IMG/VR virus record: IMGVR_UViG_3300020045_011116
Span: 1-38,558 of that record
DNA from: a virus
Lineage: Duplodnaviria > Caudoviricetes
Strand: one strand, 5' to 3'
Length of the DNA: 38,558 bases
This document shows, piece by piece, positions 17,328-27,482 of the stretch (position 1 is the first letter of the stretch; every line of letters starts with the position of its first letter). The position numbers and the translations under genes were made by a program. A model generated the notes under the pieces. That model ran no database searches and was not told where the DNA came from. It was given only the letters and a program-made list of their open reading frames with translations.

Positions 17328-17722
17328 TTAACCGATTCAACTACTTGGCCTTGGGTCAATCCTAATTTACCAAATTGCTCAAGTTTTTCTTTAAGGTATG
17401 AGCTATCAGTTGAATTACGCATTTCGCCAACCTCGTCTGGTAAAAAAGTAATTAACGCATACATCATTTGTGAATGGTCATTACCGTGTTCGATTTGTCC
17501 TAATTTATAAATATAATCATAAACGGCTCGGTACATTCCCGACATACTTGACTTATCAAATTCTTGTGTAAATTGGGTAAATACTTTTTTTAGTGTTGGA
17601 ATATCAACCCCAGCTTCATCGGCAATCATTTCATTTTTAAAAGCAACCCAACGTTTTATTGATAAATCTTCAATTGTTTCGGCTTGTTCAAATTCTTGGT
17701 CGCCAATTTTAATTTTCTTCAT
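17297..17722 (-). CDS. Tail assembly chaperone, G-type
   Basis: Position upstream of TMP; ends across T5 and G6 runs. Confidence 0.65.
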   Translation of the reverse strand: MKKIKIGDQEFEQAETIEDLSIKRWVAFKNEMIADEAGVDIPTLKKVFTQFTQEFDKSSMSGMYRAVYDYIYKLGQIEHGNDHSQMMYALITFLPDEVGEMRNSTDSSYLKEKLEQFGKLGLTQGQVVESVNVFIGGLLIA

Positions 17723-18032
17723 GGTTTGGATTTATAAAACGGTATAAAAAGCACGACATTGAGGCTATAATAAAAGGGTAAAATAAATAATTCAAATCTA
17801 AATTCCAGTATCGTAAAAACAAAAAGTATGTAGCTATACAGGATAGCCAAAAGAAACGACAAGGAACGCATTTTAAAGACTTATCTAATAGTTTAGGTGT
17901 CTCGTATCTAAATGCCCAATCAAGAGCAATTACACGTAACCATTTCGCTGGTTTATACAACAAACCCTCCTTACTAATTAGTTTCATAAAGAACGCTAAG
18001 AAACAAGAAATATAAAATAGTTTTTCTAACAT
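17709..18032 (-). CDS. Membrane protein with CxxC motif (DUF1360-like)
   Basis: Hydrophobic segments, KCVPCRFFW. Confidence 0.6.
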   Translation of the reverse strand: MLEKLFYISCFLAFFMKLISKEGLLYKPAKWLRVIALDWAFRYETPKLLDKSLKCVPCRFFWLSCIATYFLFLRYWNLDLNYLFYPFIIASMSCFLYRFINPNHEEN

Positions 18033-18193
18033 ACTTTACATTCTATGGTGTCGCAAACCATTTCAGAAACTAATAATTTAAGCGTCTCAAGCTCATCTTG
18101 TTTTAATGGTTTATTTCTTAAGCACCGTCTCAAATACTTAATTACATCTCTGTGAAATCCTTTGTCGATTGAAAATTCAAATACATTTTTCAT
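18026..18193 (-). CDS. 55-aa hypothetical protein
   Basis: Hand translation MKNVFEFSIDKGFHRDVIKYLRR...ECKVC; fills the gap. Confidence 0.5.
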   Translation of the reverse strand: MKNVFEFSIDKGFHRDVIKYLRRCLRNKPLKQDELETLKLLVSEMVCDTIECKVC

Positions 18194-18208
18194 ATTAATT
18201 TTATTGGT

Positions 18209-18817
18209 TTAACATTCTGGACTAAATGAAGGGTCAAACGTTCCTGCACTTAAACAACTCAATGTTTCTTCATTGCTCATTGTAATCGTAATTTTAAACG
18301 CTGTGTTTGGGTACATAAAAGACTTTAATGTTGTGTAATCGTAACCGTATTTATTGAATACTTTGTCTTTATCTTTTGTTACGCTAATTGAGGTAATATC
18401 ATTTTTATAATATCCATCTTGTATTGCAATAACAACCGAGGCAATTAATTCATCAGTAAAATCATAAGTTCGTGAAGCAAGATTTTTAAGGTTTGCCCAA
18501 ACTATAATATTCATTTGAAACTCTACTAATTCATTGACAAAATCAAAATTATAATCCCCGTTTGGCAATTCAAAAAAGCATCCTGCACGTTCAGAGTCAT
18601 CAGGAAACATTTCAATATAATCTTTATTTCCTGTTTGACCAAATATGATTGGCACAATTACCTTCTCATTGTTTTCGCCAATTTGACGTTCACCCATTTC
18701 GGCTAAAGGATAAATTTTATCAATCCAACCCATACCGTCTAAGTCGTTTTGCATATTCGCAACAACGGCGTTATGTAGCATTGGATTTTGTAGAACGGGT
18801 GGAATTACGCAACTCAT
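18209..18817 (-). CDS. Tail terminator/completion-like protein
   Basis: Size and position in the head-tail block. Confidence 0.5.
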   Translation of the reverse strand: MSCVIPPVLQNPMLHNAVVANMQNDLDGMGWIDKIYPLAEMGERQIGENNEKVIVPIIFGQTGNKDYIEMFPDDSERAGCFFELPNGDYNFDFVNELVEFQMNIIVWANLKNLASRTYDFTDELIASVVIAIQDGYYKNDITSISVTKDKDKVFNKYGYDYTTLKSFMYPNTAFKITITMSNEETLSCLSAGTFDPSFSPEC

Positions 18818-19266
18818 TTACTTGTAATTTTAGATTTAACAATCTTAATTAATTCGGGTCTAAATCTATCTTCTGCTTTTTCGGCACGTACAGGTGAAAG
18901 TCCAAATATTTTATCAAATTCAGTTTTTAATTTTGTTGTTTTTGAATTAATGCTTGTAATATTAGCCTTTAGTTTTCCTGTTTTATATGTCCTAGTTCCT
19001 CTATGAAAAGCACCTGTAAGTTTCAAATCTACACGGTCAACTTTACCACCTCTCGCACGTTTATAAGCTGTATAACTTGGAGCGTATGGATAGTAAATAC
19101 CGTCATTTTTTTCAAGCAAATCCCCATCAGCATTTAAACCGTCATTTAATTGGTTTATTTGCTCATCCGTTACGATGTTAAGCATATTCGGCAACTGAGC
19201 GTCAAACGTATTTACTACGTCCCGTTCAAGCGACTCTAAATGTGCTATGAGTTTTTTTAATGGCAT
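18814..19266 (-). CDS. Neck/tail completion protein (likely start MPLKK)
   Basis: Basic; YAPSYTAYKR...RVDLKLTGAF...IFGL typical of virion morphogenesis proteins. Confidence 0.65.
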   Translation of the reverse strand: MPLKKLIAHLESLERDVVNTFDAQLPNMLNIVTDEQINQLNDGLNADGDLLEKNDGIYYPYAPSYTAYKRARGGKVDRVDLKLTGAFHRGTRTYKTGKLKANITSINSKTTKLKTEFDKIFGLSPVRAEKAEDRFRPELIKIVKSKITSK

Positions 19267-19267
19267 T

Positions 19268-20437
19268 TTATAACTGATGTAATCCAAATGTTTTTTTACT
19301 CTTTCCAACACAAACCTCATCTAAATTACTAAAGTCAATTGTAAGGTTTTCTAAATCGCCTTTAATGTAACGTCCTTCCTCTGCGTAACCATTTAATTCT
19401 CTTTCAAGTTTCTCAGCCATCATACGATAATCTGATTTTTTAGTTGAGGCTGTACCGTTAAATTTTGTACTGTTATAACAATCCCAAAGTATTTTAGCGC
19501 CAACCTCTTTTTGTAAAGCAGTTGCGAATAATTGAACGTTATCACAAAAAACCTGAGTCGTATCACAAACAACATTTACTTTTAAAAATAATCCGTTCGT
19601 GCTTTGACCATAACCGATATTATCAATATCAAATAATTCACGGCTTACATCATACGTTGCACTCGCTCCAATTTCTACTGGTACAATATGAACGTATTTA
19701 TTAAATTCAAATTTCTTGGTTTCAGTTGCGCAAGTATAACATGGTGTTTGAGTTTGCACTGCATTACCAGTTAAATCATTTTCATAATAACCAACCCAAT
19801 ATCTTTGACCATGACCATTATTTTCATTGATGTAATCGCACATAAATTGTAACGGTGAGGTTGCGACCCCTGAACCGCTTGGATTGTCTACAATTTCAAA
19901 CCATTCCAATGAATTTACTTTTGTAATATCAACCGTATATTCGCCTATTGGCTCAAGTTGTAATGACGAATAAAAATATATTGGTAATCCAGTTTGTAAA
20001 GTATCGAACGCACCACCGAATTGTAAAATTTCTGCACGTATTGATAAACTTTCTTTTGGTCTAATCTCAAAGCCAACAAAACGGCCTGACTTAGCGGTTA
20101 TTTTACGCATATTTTCAGCGTAAACCCCAATGTCCCCATTCTTTAAAAGTGATTTTGAATAAACATCTTTTTTCTGACACTTCACAAAGTCATCCATTAA
20201 ACGTTGTAGTCCTGCTGAATAAGCATTTTCTAAATATGTATTTACGTCTGGATAATCAGGTGTCATACACTCGTTAATTACTTCTAAATTCACCAATGGT
20301 AAATCATTAAAATAAATTCCTGATGTTGATGTTTGTAGTGAATCAGTAAGCTCATCAAAACAATTTGGAGCTTCTGCGCTTTCTCGCCAACCGACTAATT
20401 CGGTAAAGCAAGTGCTTATTTTTGAGCGATTAATCAC
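19268..20437 (-). CDS. Head-tail adaptor-like structural protein
   Basis: 389 aa, first gene of the head-tail block. Confidence 0.55.
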   Translation of the reverse strand: MINRSKISTCFTELVGWRESAEAPNCFDELTDSLQTSTSGIYFNDLPLVNLEVINECMTPDYPDVNTYLENAYSAGLQRLMDDFVKCQKKDVYSKSLLKNGDIGVYAENMRKITAKSGRFVGFEIRPKESLSIRAEILQFGGAFDTLQTGLPIYFYSSLQLEPIGEYTVDITKVNSLEWFEIVDNPSGSGVATSPLQFMCDYINENNGHGQRYWVGYYENDLTGNAVQTQTPCYTCATETKKFEFNKYVHIVPVEIGASATYDVSRELFDIDNIGYGQSTNGLFLKVNVVCDTTQVFCDNVQLFATALQKEVGAKILWDCYNSTKFNGTASTKKSDYRMMAEKLERELNGYAEEGRYIKGDLENLTIDFSNLDEVCVGKSKKTFGLHQL

Positions 20438-20458
20438 ATTGATTAAATAAAGTATTTT

Positions 20459-21202
20459 CTATTGTATTTCGTACACACACTTATTAGGCAATAAAGATAG
20501 TAAAAATCTATCCAAATTAGAGTTCCAAGCATTTTCAGTGTTATTCATCCAAAGTTTGCCTTTACAGGTCGCTTCAATTTGAGCCGTTGTCATTTTTTGA
20601 AACACCCCAGCTTTATACTTATTGTCGTTAACTAATACAACGTCAGGCTTTTCAAATAGCTCATTGAAGTATAATGTACTAATTAACAACGGTTTGTTTA
20701 AAAGATTATAGCTATTCATGACCAATTCAAGGTGACCCTTATTAAACATTCTAGGTAAATGAGTTTCATAGCTCCAAACGTTTTCCATTTGTAACAATTT
20801 TCTAGTATCGGTTAATAACTGCATCCACTTTCCCGACCCTCCAAATTTTGTTTTTTTAGGATTTGGTGCTAAATAATCCATTGCGATTACTTTTTGAAAG
20901 TCTGAAAGTTGGCAATCATTAACACAATAAACGTCATCATACATATAAATAAAATCATTTGAAACTAAATCACTTTCACAAATTGCCTTGATTTTTTTAG
21001 CAATATCATAAGCCTTTGCGAAATTTATATTTCTGACTTGTCCCGTTTGAATATGTTTTCCATTATACCAACTTGGTTTATCGCCAACAATTACAACATC
21101 AAAATCAAACTTAACGTATTTACATAGTGAGCGAATAGAATATTTCAATTCTTGTCCCTGTGCTAATTGCGCCATGTATGGATAAACGAATGTTGGTTTC
21201 AT
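20459..21202 (-). CDS. Stealth-like sugar-phosphotransferase / glycosyltransferase
   Basis: ELKYSIRSL, VIVGDKPSW, SNDFIYMYDD and ETHLP resemble Stealth conserved regions. Confidence 0.65.
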   Translation of the reverse strand: MKPTFVYPYMAQLAQGQELKYSIRSLCKYVKFDFDVVIVGDKPSWYNGKHIQTGQVRNINFAKAYDIAKKIKAICESDLVSNDFIYMYDDVYCVNDCQLSDFQKVIAMDYLAPNPKKTKFGGSGKWMQLLTDTRKLLQMENVWSYETHLPRMFNKGHLELVMNSYNLLNKPLLISTLYFNELFEKPDVVLVNDNKYKAGVFQKMTTAQIEATCKGKLWMNNTENAWNSNLDRFLLSLLPNKCVYEIQ

Positions 21203-21396
21203 TGAACAAATCCTATTTTATTTTTAGTTGGTAATCCTTCAATTTCTTTTTCGTGAATCCAAATGGTTTCTTTTTTACCGTCAACCATGTAAGTAAGTTC
21301 GTACAGTACATTTGTAAATGCTATTTGTATAATAGTTATAACTCCAGTTATGCCGTGTACTGTTGTTATTTTTTGTCCGCACTCAATTACCTCCAT
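21199..21396 (-). CDS. Small SH3-like hypothetical protein
   Basis: 65 aa, ends KIGF; overlaps neighbours. Confidence 0.6.
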   Translation of the reverse strand: MEVIECGQKITTVHGITGVITIIQIAFTNVLYELTYMVDGKKETIWIHEKEIEGLPTKNKIGFVQ

Positions 21397-21665
21397 TACC
21401 TTTTCGCTTTAGTTGCTAAACTTAATTTCGTTTTATAAATATGCTGTTTTATTTTATTACTTTCTTGGTCACTGTGCAATTGTATTGAAGTTATCCATCC
21501 AATCTCAATGCTTTTTAAGTGCATTTCGTGTAGCTTTACATACTCAACAGATACGTTACTTGCAAAGGTCATTCGTGCAAAGTTGCCAATGTTAGACTGA
21601 ACTAAATCGGTTAATTCTTTTTTCTTTTTTTGTGGCTCAGTAAGCTCTTTTGTTTCTTCGGTCAT
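21396..21665 (-). CDS. Hypothetical protein (likely start MTEETKE)
   Basis: ORF track 21396-21698; ATG at 21665. Confidence 0.55.
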   Translation of the reverse strand: MTEETKELTEPQKKKKELTDLVQSNIGNFARMTFASNVSVEYVKLHEMHLKSIEIGWITSIQLHSDQESNKIKQHIYKTKLSLATKAKR

Positions 21666-21764
21666 TTTAATTTTGTTAGGTCTATTGGTTTCTCGCAATG
21701 TTTACATATTAAAACATGGTTTGATTTAATTGCTAAAATTACTACACATTCGCAATACACTATT

Positions 21765-22415
21765 TTATCCTTTTGATTCATTTGCTTTTAAATAATAAAT
21801 ACTTTTCTTTTCGTTGAACTGATATTTTACTTCATATTTTACCTTAAACTTTTCGGTTAAGAAACTAGCAACTTCATAAGGCCGTTCAGTTCTAATAAAT
21901 ATGTGAGGCGTATATGTTTTTATTGTGCGTCTACACCCTGCTAAAATATTAAACTCATTTTCTTTTACATCAATATACATTATCGTAACAACGTCAAAAA
22001 TAACGGTGTCTACGGTTGTAACACGAACGTTAGCGATGTCTCTATTGTCTTTGATATAAACCAACCTTTCGCCTCTTTCTATTCGTGCTAGTCCAGCGTA
22101 ATCACTAACGGCATACGGTAACAAATTAGTTCTAATATCATTTAGCATTATATTTTTAGAAAGTTGCGCTCTTTTTATTTCATCTGGCTCAATACAATGT
22201 ACAAAAGCACCTAAAACACCGCCAAAAAACAAAGTATTATTTCCTATACTTGCACCTATTTCTATAATCGAACCATTAACGTAAATATTCTCAATGAAAC
22301 TTAATACCGACCTATTATAAAACAAACCATTATTCCAACTTTGCTGAGTTGTTTCGGTTGCGTTCTTTGTGTGAACTTTTATTGTTTTGTCTTTATAGAT
22401 TATTTCTTTAATCAT
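21765..22415 (-). CDS. FkbM-family methyltransferase (divergent)
   Basis: IEIGASIGNNT, VHCIEP, YAVSD, YIDVKENEFNILAG. Confidence 0.75.
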   Translation of the reverse strand: MIKEIIYKDKTIKVHTKNATETTQQSWNNGLFYNRSVLSFIENIYVNGSIIEIGASIGNNTLFFGGVLGAFVHCIEPDEIKRAQLSKNIMLNDIRTNLLPYAVSDYAGLARIERGERLVYIKDNRDIANVRVTTVDTVIFDVVTIMYIDVKENEFNILAGCRRTIKTYTPHIFIRTERPYEVASFLTEKFKVKYEVKYQFNEKKSIYYLKANESKG

Positions 22416-22945
22416 ATTTTGTGACCCTGTATAAATAAACGTTCATTTTGACCATTAGCGTAACTTCCAAACTGACCTTTTGTGCCAATGAACCAACCAG
22501 TAGATTGAAGCAAATAAATTAATTCATCCAATGAATAATGTTTTAAAACGGTTGGGTCAGGTACGTAATTAGGTTTTGGATTAGCCTGTAAAAACATTCT
22601 GTTAGGTGTAATTATTGTAATTGATTCTCTTATCCTATAACGTAAATCAATTAAAACGTCCGCAATATTTTCTACGTGGGCAAATGAATGCATAAAGTAA
22701 ACGTGGTCAAACTTTCTTTTTAATGCATCTAAATAAAATGGACTATCTGTATATTTCGTTTTATCATATCCATAAACCCTTTTAGCTTGTATGTGTTGCA
22801 TAGCATAGCCCGTTCCGCAACCCATATCTAAAACAGTATCTTGAGTTACATTACCAAGTAACTGAATTAAAAAACTCAATTCACGTCTGTATTTATCAGT
22901 TGAATTAAATTGAAATAGTTTTTGTTTATACTGTTCTAAATCCAT
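22412..22945 (-). CDS. Class I SAM-dependent methyltransferase
   Basis: VLDMGCGTG motif I; FDHVYFMHSFAHV; ITPN. Confidence 0.85.
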   Translation of the reverse strand: MDLEQYKQKLFQFNSTDKYRRELSFLIQLLGNVTQDTVLDMGCGTGYAMQHIQAKRVYGYDKTKYTDSPFYLDALKRKFDHVYFMHSFAHVENIADVLIDLRYRIRESITIITPNRMFLQANPKPNYVPDPTVLKHYSLDELIYLLQSTGWFIGTKGQFGSYANGQNERLFIQGHKI

Positions 22946-23051
22946 AATAAGCGATTATAGAATAAATAACAGCGACAATAATAAACGCAATTATACACCC
23001 ATAAGCAGGGTCTTCATCATTGTGTGGATTTTCCCAATTAGTACTGGCCAT
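22926..23051 (-). CDS. 41-aa single-TM protein
   Basis: Hand translation MASTNWENPHNDEDPAYGCIIAFIIVAVIYSIIAYYGFRTV. Confidence 0.45.
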   Translation of the reverse strand: MASTNWENPHNDEDPAYGCIIAFIIVAVIYSIIAYYGFRTV

Positions 23052-23970
23052 CAATATGTTTTTTTAAAATGTTTCCCGTTGCTTTAAACGAATGTCTTGA
23101 CCTAGCCCAATTATGAGTTAAAATCTGTTTTTCTTTTATTTCCGCTGGTGTTTTTTGAATCCACTTTTGGATAAATAATTTTAAATCAATATCATTATTT
23201 GCTACGACTAATTCATCTTTACCATAATATCTATTGTAAAGTTCCCTCCACATCATATTAGTAAATACTATTTTACCCATTGCAGAGGCTTCAATTGCAG
23301 TTGTTCCATAACTTCCATAAGGGTTTCCACCTTGAGTAGTTGCGCACATTTCAATATAAATATCACATTCGCTCATTCTTTGAAGTTGTCTTTTATGGTC
23401 AACTTTTGCGGTTGAATATTTATAATCAAATTTATCACCATGAACCAAGCTAAGCTCCTGCATGATTCTATTTATTGTATCGCTTCCTTTTACACTTGGG
23501 TTGCTTGGATAGTGAGCTATTTTTAATTTTCCACCTTCAAAAAAACGTGGCTCAGTTTGATGAACATCAGTAGTGATTCCTAAATAAATTGGATTTGTAG
23601 CTCCAAGGTTTTCAAATTCACCTAAAGCAATAAATACTTTTTCAGCTAATCCATTCCACCTTTCGTTGTGTTTATTCGGGTCACTTCTGTATCGTGTACC
23701 CGTATGAAAAACCCAAATTCGTTTTCCTGATTCTTTTACTAAATCCCACATCGTACCACAAGAATGAACTACAATAATTAAATCAGCCAATTTTATTTCT
23801 TGTGCAATAAACCTAGACGTTTTTCTAATAGACGAATTTTGATAATGAAATGGGTGAGAACCTAAACAATAAGACTCGCAATCGTAACCAACCTCTTTTA
23901 AAGATTTTGCTAAGTTTGCACTGTACGAGGCGTAATCTTGGTGGCAGAGCGTGATTATTCTCATGCCCAA
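23038..23970 (-). CDS. GT-B fold (GT4-like) glycosyltransferase
   Basis: IAHYPSNPSVKGSD, ECDIYIE, YGTTAIEASAMGKIV. Confidence 0.8.
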   Translation of the reverse strand: MGMRIITLCHQDYASYSANLAKSLKEVGYDCESYCLGSHPFHYQNSSIRKTSRFIAQEIKLADLIIVVHSCGTMWDLVKESGKRIWVFHTGTRYRSDPNKHNERWNGLAEKVFIALGEFENLGATNPIYLGITTDVHQTEPRFFEGGKLKIAHYPSNPSVKGSDTINRIMQELSLVHGDKFDYKYSTAKVDHKRQLQRMSECDIYIEMCATTQGGNPYGSYGTTAIEASAMGKIVFTNMMWRELYNRYYGKDELVVANNDIDLKLFIQKWIQKTPAEIKEKQILTHNWARSRHSFKATGNILKKHIDGQY

Positions 23971-24506
23971 TTCCTCCTCTGTAAAATTTTATCAATCATA
24001 TTTTTGGTTACACCAAATTTATCACCAAGCATTTTTCTTGTTAATACAAATGGCTTATAGGTTTTTCTTATTTCTTCAACATTTTCTTTATTTAGTTTCG
24101 AGTTCCCGTTTTTTTCACCAAAAGAATTTCCTAAAACCAGTGCCGAATGCGTACTGTTTTCTTTAGGCGTACACCATTCTAAATTAGATAATTTGTTATT
24201 TAGCTTATTACCATCAATATGATTGACTTGTGTTTTTCTTTCTGGATTTGGAATAAATATTTCAGCCAAAGCCTTATGAGCAAATACGCATTTTCGTTTA
24301 CCATCTTTTATTACTACATTGTATTTGTAACCCCAATGAGAATAGCAGTTTTGAAGTATTCTCTCTTTTTTAGTGCAGAGGCTTCCTTGTTTAGCTGGCC
24401 TTATTTTTTCCAAAGACTTTATTTCTCCAGATATATTTATTTGATACTCGCCTTCAAGTCCGATTATATCATACCATTTATTTTCTAATTCCATAATTAC
24501 TCTCAC
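23961..24506 (-). CDS. NUMOD4-HNH homing endonuclease
   Basis: WYDIIGLEGEYQINISGEIKS (NUMOD4); VNHIDGNKLNNKLSNLEWCTPKENSTH (HNH); GEKNGNSKL plus HTH. Confidence 0.93.
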   Translation of the reverse strand: MRVIMELENKWYDIIGLEGEYQINISGEIKSLEKIRPAKQGSLCTKKERILQNCYSHWGYKYNVVIKDGKRKCVFAHKALAEIFIPNPERKTQVNHIDGNKLNNKLSNLEWCTPKENSTHSALVLGNSFGEKNGNSKLNKENVEEIRKTYKPFVLTRKMLGDKFGVTKNMIDKILQRRNWA

Positions 24507-25060
24507 TTCTTAACCCCTTTTAAAATAAACCACCTGTCGAACTTTTCAAGAACCTCAATATTGATATACTTTTCATATTGCTGTGTTACTTGTTCGATTC
24601 TTGGAAAATATCGTATGTGTGCTGGGTCATCAAACTCTGGAACGCTTAGAATAATATTTTTACCCGATTCGATTTGTTCAAGTAATTTCATGTCATCAGT
24701 ATGTTCAAAAACTTCTAATGCTACTATTAAATTATAATCGTATTTTAAATATGCGGTTTTTGTTTGAGCGTCACCCTCAAAGAAAATAAAATCGTTTATG
24801 TTTCTTCCTGTTGCTAAATTAAGAGCGGTTACCGAAAAATCAAATCCTTTGTAATCAATTAAATTTTGGTCTTTTAAAAACTCAGCAAATTGCCCAGTTC
24901 CGCAACCAACTTCTAAAATACTCGGTTCTGGAATTGTTTTAATTAATTCAATTATCCGTTTCCACATTTCAAAATAACGTGATTCTGAGTAATGAGAATG
25001 GTATTTTTTATACCTAGTAAAAATATCATTATAATATTCTGCGCCTCTTATATGTCCCAT
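24503..25060 (-). CDS. Class I SAM-dependent methyltransferase
   Basis: ILEVGCGTG, GFDFS, EVFEH, LSVP. Confidence 0.88.
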   Translation of the reverse strand: MGHIRGAEYYNDIFTRYKKYHSHYSESRYFEMWKRIIELIKTIPEPSILEVGCGTGQFAEFLKDQNLIDYKGFDFSVTALNLATGRNINDFIFFEGDAQTKTAYLKYDYNLIVALEVFEHTDDMKLLEQIESGKNIILSVPEFDDPAHIRYFPRIEQVTQQYEKYINIEVLEKFDRWFILKGVKK

Positions 25061-25827
25061 TATAAAAACAATTGTTCCCTTTTAGGTCGGTTAATAATTA
25101 TGTTGTAAATGTCGTATTTGTATTTCCTACCTCGGTTGGTTCGGTACTGATTGCCTAATCCTATTCTATTCAATGAACGCTCTTTTCGGTAGCGGTTGTA
25201 TAGATAAATTACTTTCCAAACGATTCCAATTCGTTCACGTCCGCACATTTCTAAACAGCTAAACATAACCTCGCTTTCGGTTGTGCTTACTATCCAATTG
25301 CCGTCAGTTTTTAAATCATCTTCAGGGATTCGCTTATATAAAAAGTATTTGAATGTGTTCAAAGCGGTTGACCTATAAACGTCTTTTCTATAATCTCTAT
25401 TTGCGTGTATTTCATCTGAAAACTCAATATTAAAATTAGCACTTTGTAACGTTGTCCCGTTTTCATCTTGCCAATTTCCGTATGTCATCCACTTGCCATT
25501 TTCGTAATGTTTATTGATTTCTGTTAAAGCATCTGGGAATATTTCGTCATCTAAACCAGCTAAAATAATTACATCTTCGTCATCTAAATCAAGTGATTTT
25601 ATAGCGTGGTGTCTAGCGAATGCAGCCCCATTGTTTTGTGAAAATGAGAGTCCTTTAATGTTTGGATGTTGTATTGAGTCAACAAATTCGCTAGTCCCAT
25701 CTGTTGAACCGTCACTAATTAAAACAGCCATCCATTCGCCTTTAGCCTCTATTTTACAATATGATTCATAGCACTTTTTAGCGTACTCTAAACAATTGAA
25801 ACCACTTGCGATGATTACAAAACGCAT
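25060..25827 (-). CDS. GT2-family (GT-A) glycosyltransferase
   Basis: VIIASGFN, SDGSTDGT, NNGAAFAR, GLDD. Confidence 0.85.
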   Translation of the reverse strand: MRFVIIASGFNCLEYAKKCYESYCKIEAKGEWMAVLISDGSTDGTSEFVDSIQHPNIKGLSFSQNNGAAFARHHAIKSLDLDDEDVIILAGLDDEIFPDALTEINKHYENGKWMTYGNWQDENGTTLQSANFNIEFSDEIHANRDYRKDVYRSTALNTFKYFLYKRIPEDDLKTDGNWIVSTTESEVMFSCLEMCGRERIGIVWKVIYLYNRYRKERSLNRIGLGNQYRTNRGRKYKYDIYNIIINRPKREQLFL

Positions 25828-25910
25828 TTAATATGTTTCAGGTGATTTTATGGGTACAATATTAATAATTCTAAATAGAATAAAATAGTTTTGTTGTTAA
25901 CTTTACAATG

Positions 25911-26798
25911 TTAACTTATACAACCCCAAAAGCTAGTTGTTACCGTTCCCGGTGCTGCTGCTGTTGCTGGTAATGCTGTTGTTAATCCTGTTGTGCTTGT
26001 ACCGCCCATTGATGGGGCTGTTGCGCTTAATTGCCCTCCTACCTTTGCTGTATTTCCTTTTATAGTTGGAACCGTTGTAGCTGCTACCATTATCCCCAAA
26101 TAATGAATACCTGAATAGGTTGTAGTAAAGGCACTTGTTAAACTTAATGTTTTTCTTGAGTTCGCTGCCCACGCAGTTGATGTGTCATTAGTTGATGAGC
26201 GTAAAAGATTGTAAGAGCTATCAAATAAACCGAATAACTGATTTGTCAATGTGGCTCCTGCTGTCGTAGCTGACCAGAAACTAATTGAATTTATTGTTGT
26301 TCCTGCTGGTAACCAAATAGCTTGTAAACTTAAACGACCACTTGAAAGTAAAGCTGTATTTACTTCATCACAAAGGTTTCGGCTAAACGTTTCGTATAAT
26401 GCCCCAGAAGGCACATATCTATTATTTAATTGTGGTGTTAATGAATTGGTAGTGTTCTTCCATCCGCCTTCAGCTGTCCATGTTAAAACCTCCCCCACGC
26501 CAATAGTCGCCTTATATAAAATAGTTTCAGTTGCGCTAACGTCTAATTTGATAGTTACGTTTGCGGATACAGTATCATTATTAAATATATTTATATTTTC
26601 AATTACATAAGTTTCACCACTTGACGGTGCTCCTGCCAATGCTACATCAGTAGTGTTATTAGTGTTAATAGCAACTTTACCGTCTACCGTTGTTGATGTT
26701 GTGTAAACCTTATAAGATGTTAAACATTGTAATTGATTAGTGGTTACTGCGCTCCCTAAAACAATTTGTAAAATGTCGTTTGTTGTTGTTAGTTTCAT
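25911..26798 (-). CDS. Virion structural protein (head fibre/decoration-like)
   Basis: Very T/S/A/G-rich beta protein downstream of the capsid gene. Confidence 0.6.
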   Translation of the reverse strand: MKLTTTNDILQIVLGSAVTTNQLQCLTSYKVYTTSTTVDGKVAINTNNTTDVALAGAPSSGETYVIENINIFNNDTVSANVTIKLDVSATETILYKATIGVGEVLTWTAEGGWKNTTNSLTPQLNNRYVPSGALYETFSRNLCDEVNTALLSSGRLSLQAIWLPAGTTINSISFWSATTAGATLTNQLFGLFDSSYNLLRSSTNDTSTAWAANSRKTLSLTSAFTTTYSGIHYLGIMVAATTVPTIKGNTAKVGGQLSATAPSMGGTSTTGLTTALPATAAAPGTVTTSFWGCIS

Positions 26799-27464
26799 TT
26801 ATCTTCTTATTAATTGTCTTACTTGATATTGAGCTAATCCACTTCCACTTATAGTTGCTAATTCAAAATCGGTTTCTCCCGCATTTACCCTTACGACTTT
26901 TAACGTATTACCTGCATAGGATAAAGCTGCTAAACTTGTTAATTGCGCATCTGCATCTTGTTTACTTGCAGCTAGTCCGCTGTATAAAATATTGACTGCG
27001 TTATCGCCTGAATTTGTATTGCTTGTATTACCAATTACAGTTAACTGCGCATCGGTTACAAATCTTTTATTACTTGAATCGGTTTGGTTTGCTGTTGTGT
27101 CTAATCCTATGTTTGTTCGTGCTGTTCCAGCATTATTCAAATCACTTAAATTATTTAGGATTGCCAACTTTGTAGCGTCAACACCACCAACAACTAAATC
27201 TCCTGCTCCTAAAATAGTAGAGCCATTAATAGTTTTAATATTCGTTGCGCTTACAAGGGTCGCTTGTTTTGCATCCAACTCAGCCTGTAAATCTGTTTGG
27301 TCGCTTAATGTTCCTGTTATGCCTCCCCATACCGCTGCCCCTCCTGTTTGTTCAACCCATTCTGGATTAATTCCATCGGTAGTGCCAACTATTTTATTAA
27401 CCCCAATATTCGGTATTGCCTTTGCAAATTCTCTATTATTTGACTTTTGTTTTTCCGTTACCAT
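26799..27464 (-). CDS. Fibre protein
   Basis: Common phage fibre motifs WGGITGTLSDQTDLQ, KQATLVSATNIKTING, NNLSDLNNAGTARTNIGL. Confidence 0.7.
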   Translation of the reverse strand: MVTEKQKSNNREFAKAIPNIGVNKIVGTTDGINPEWVEQTGGAAVWGGITGTLSDQTDLQAELDAKQATLVSATNIKTINGSTILGAGDLVVGGVDATKLAILNNLSDLNNAGTARTNIGLDTTANQTDSSNKRFVTDAQLTVIGNTSNTNSGDNAVNILYSGLAASKQDADAQLTSLAALSYAGNTLKVVRVNAGETDFELATISGSGLAQYQVRQLIRR

Positions 27465-27482
27465 ATCAATATAAAAGTAAAT

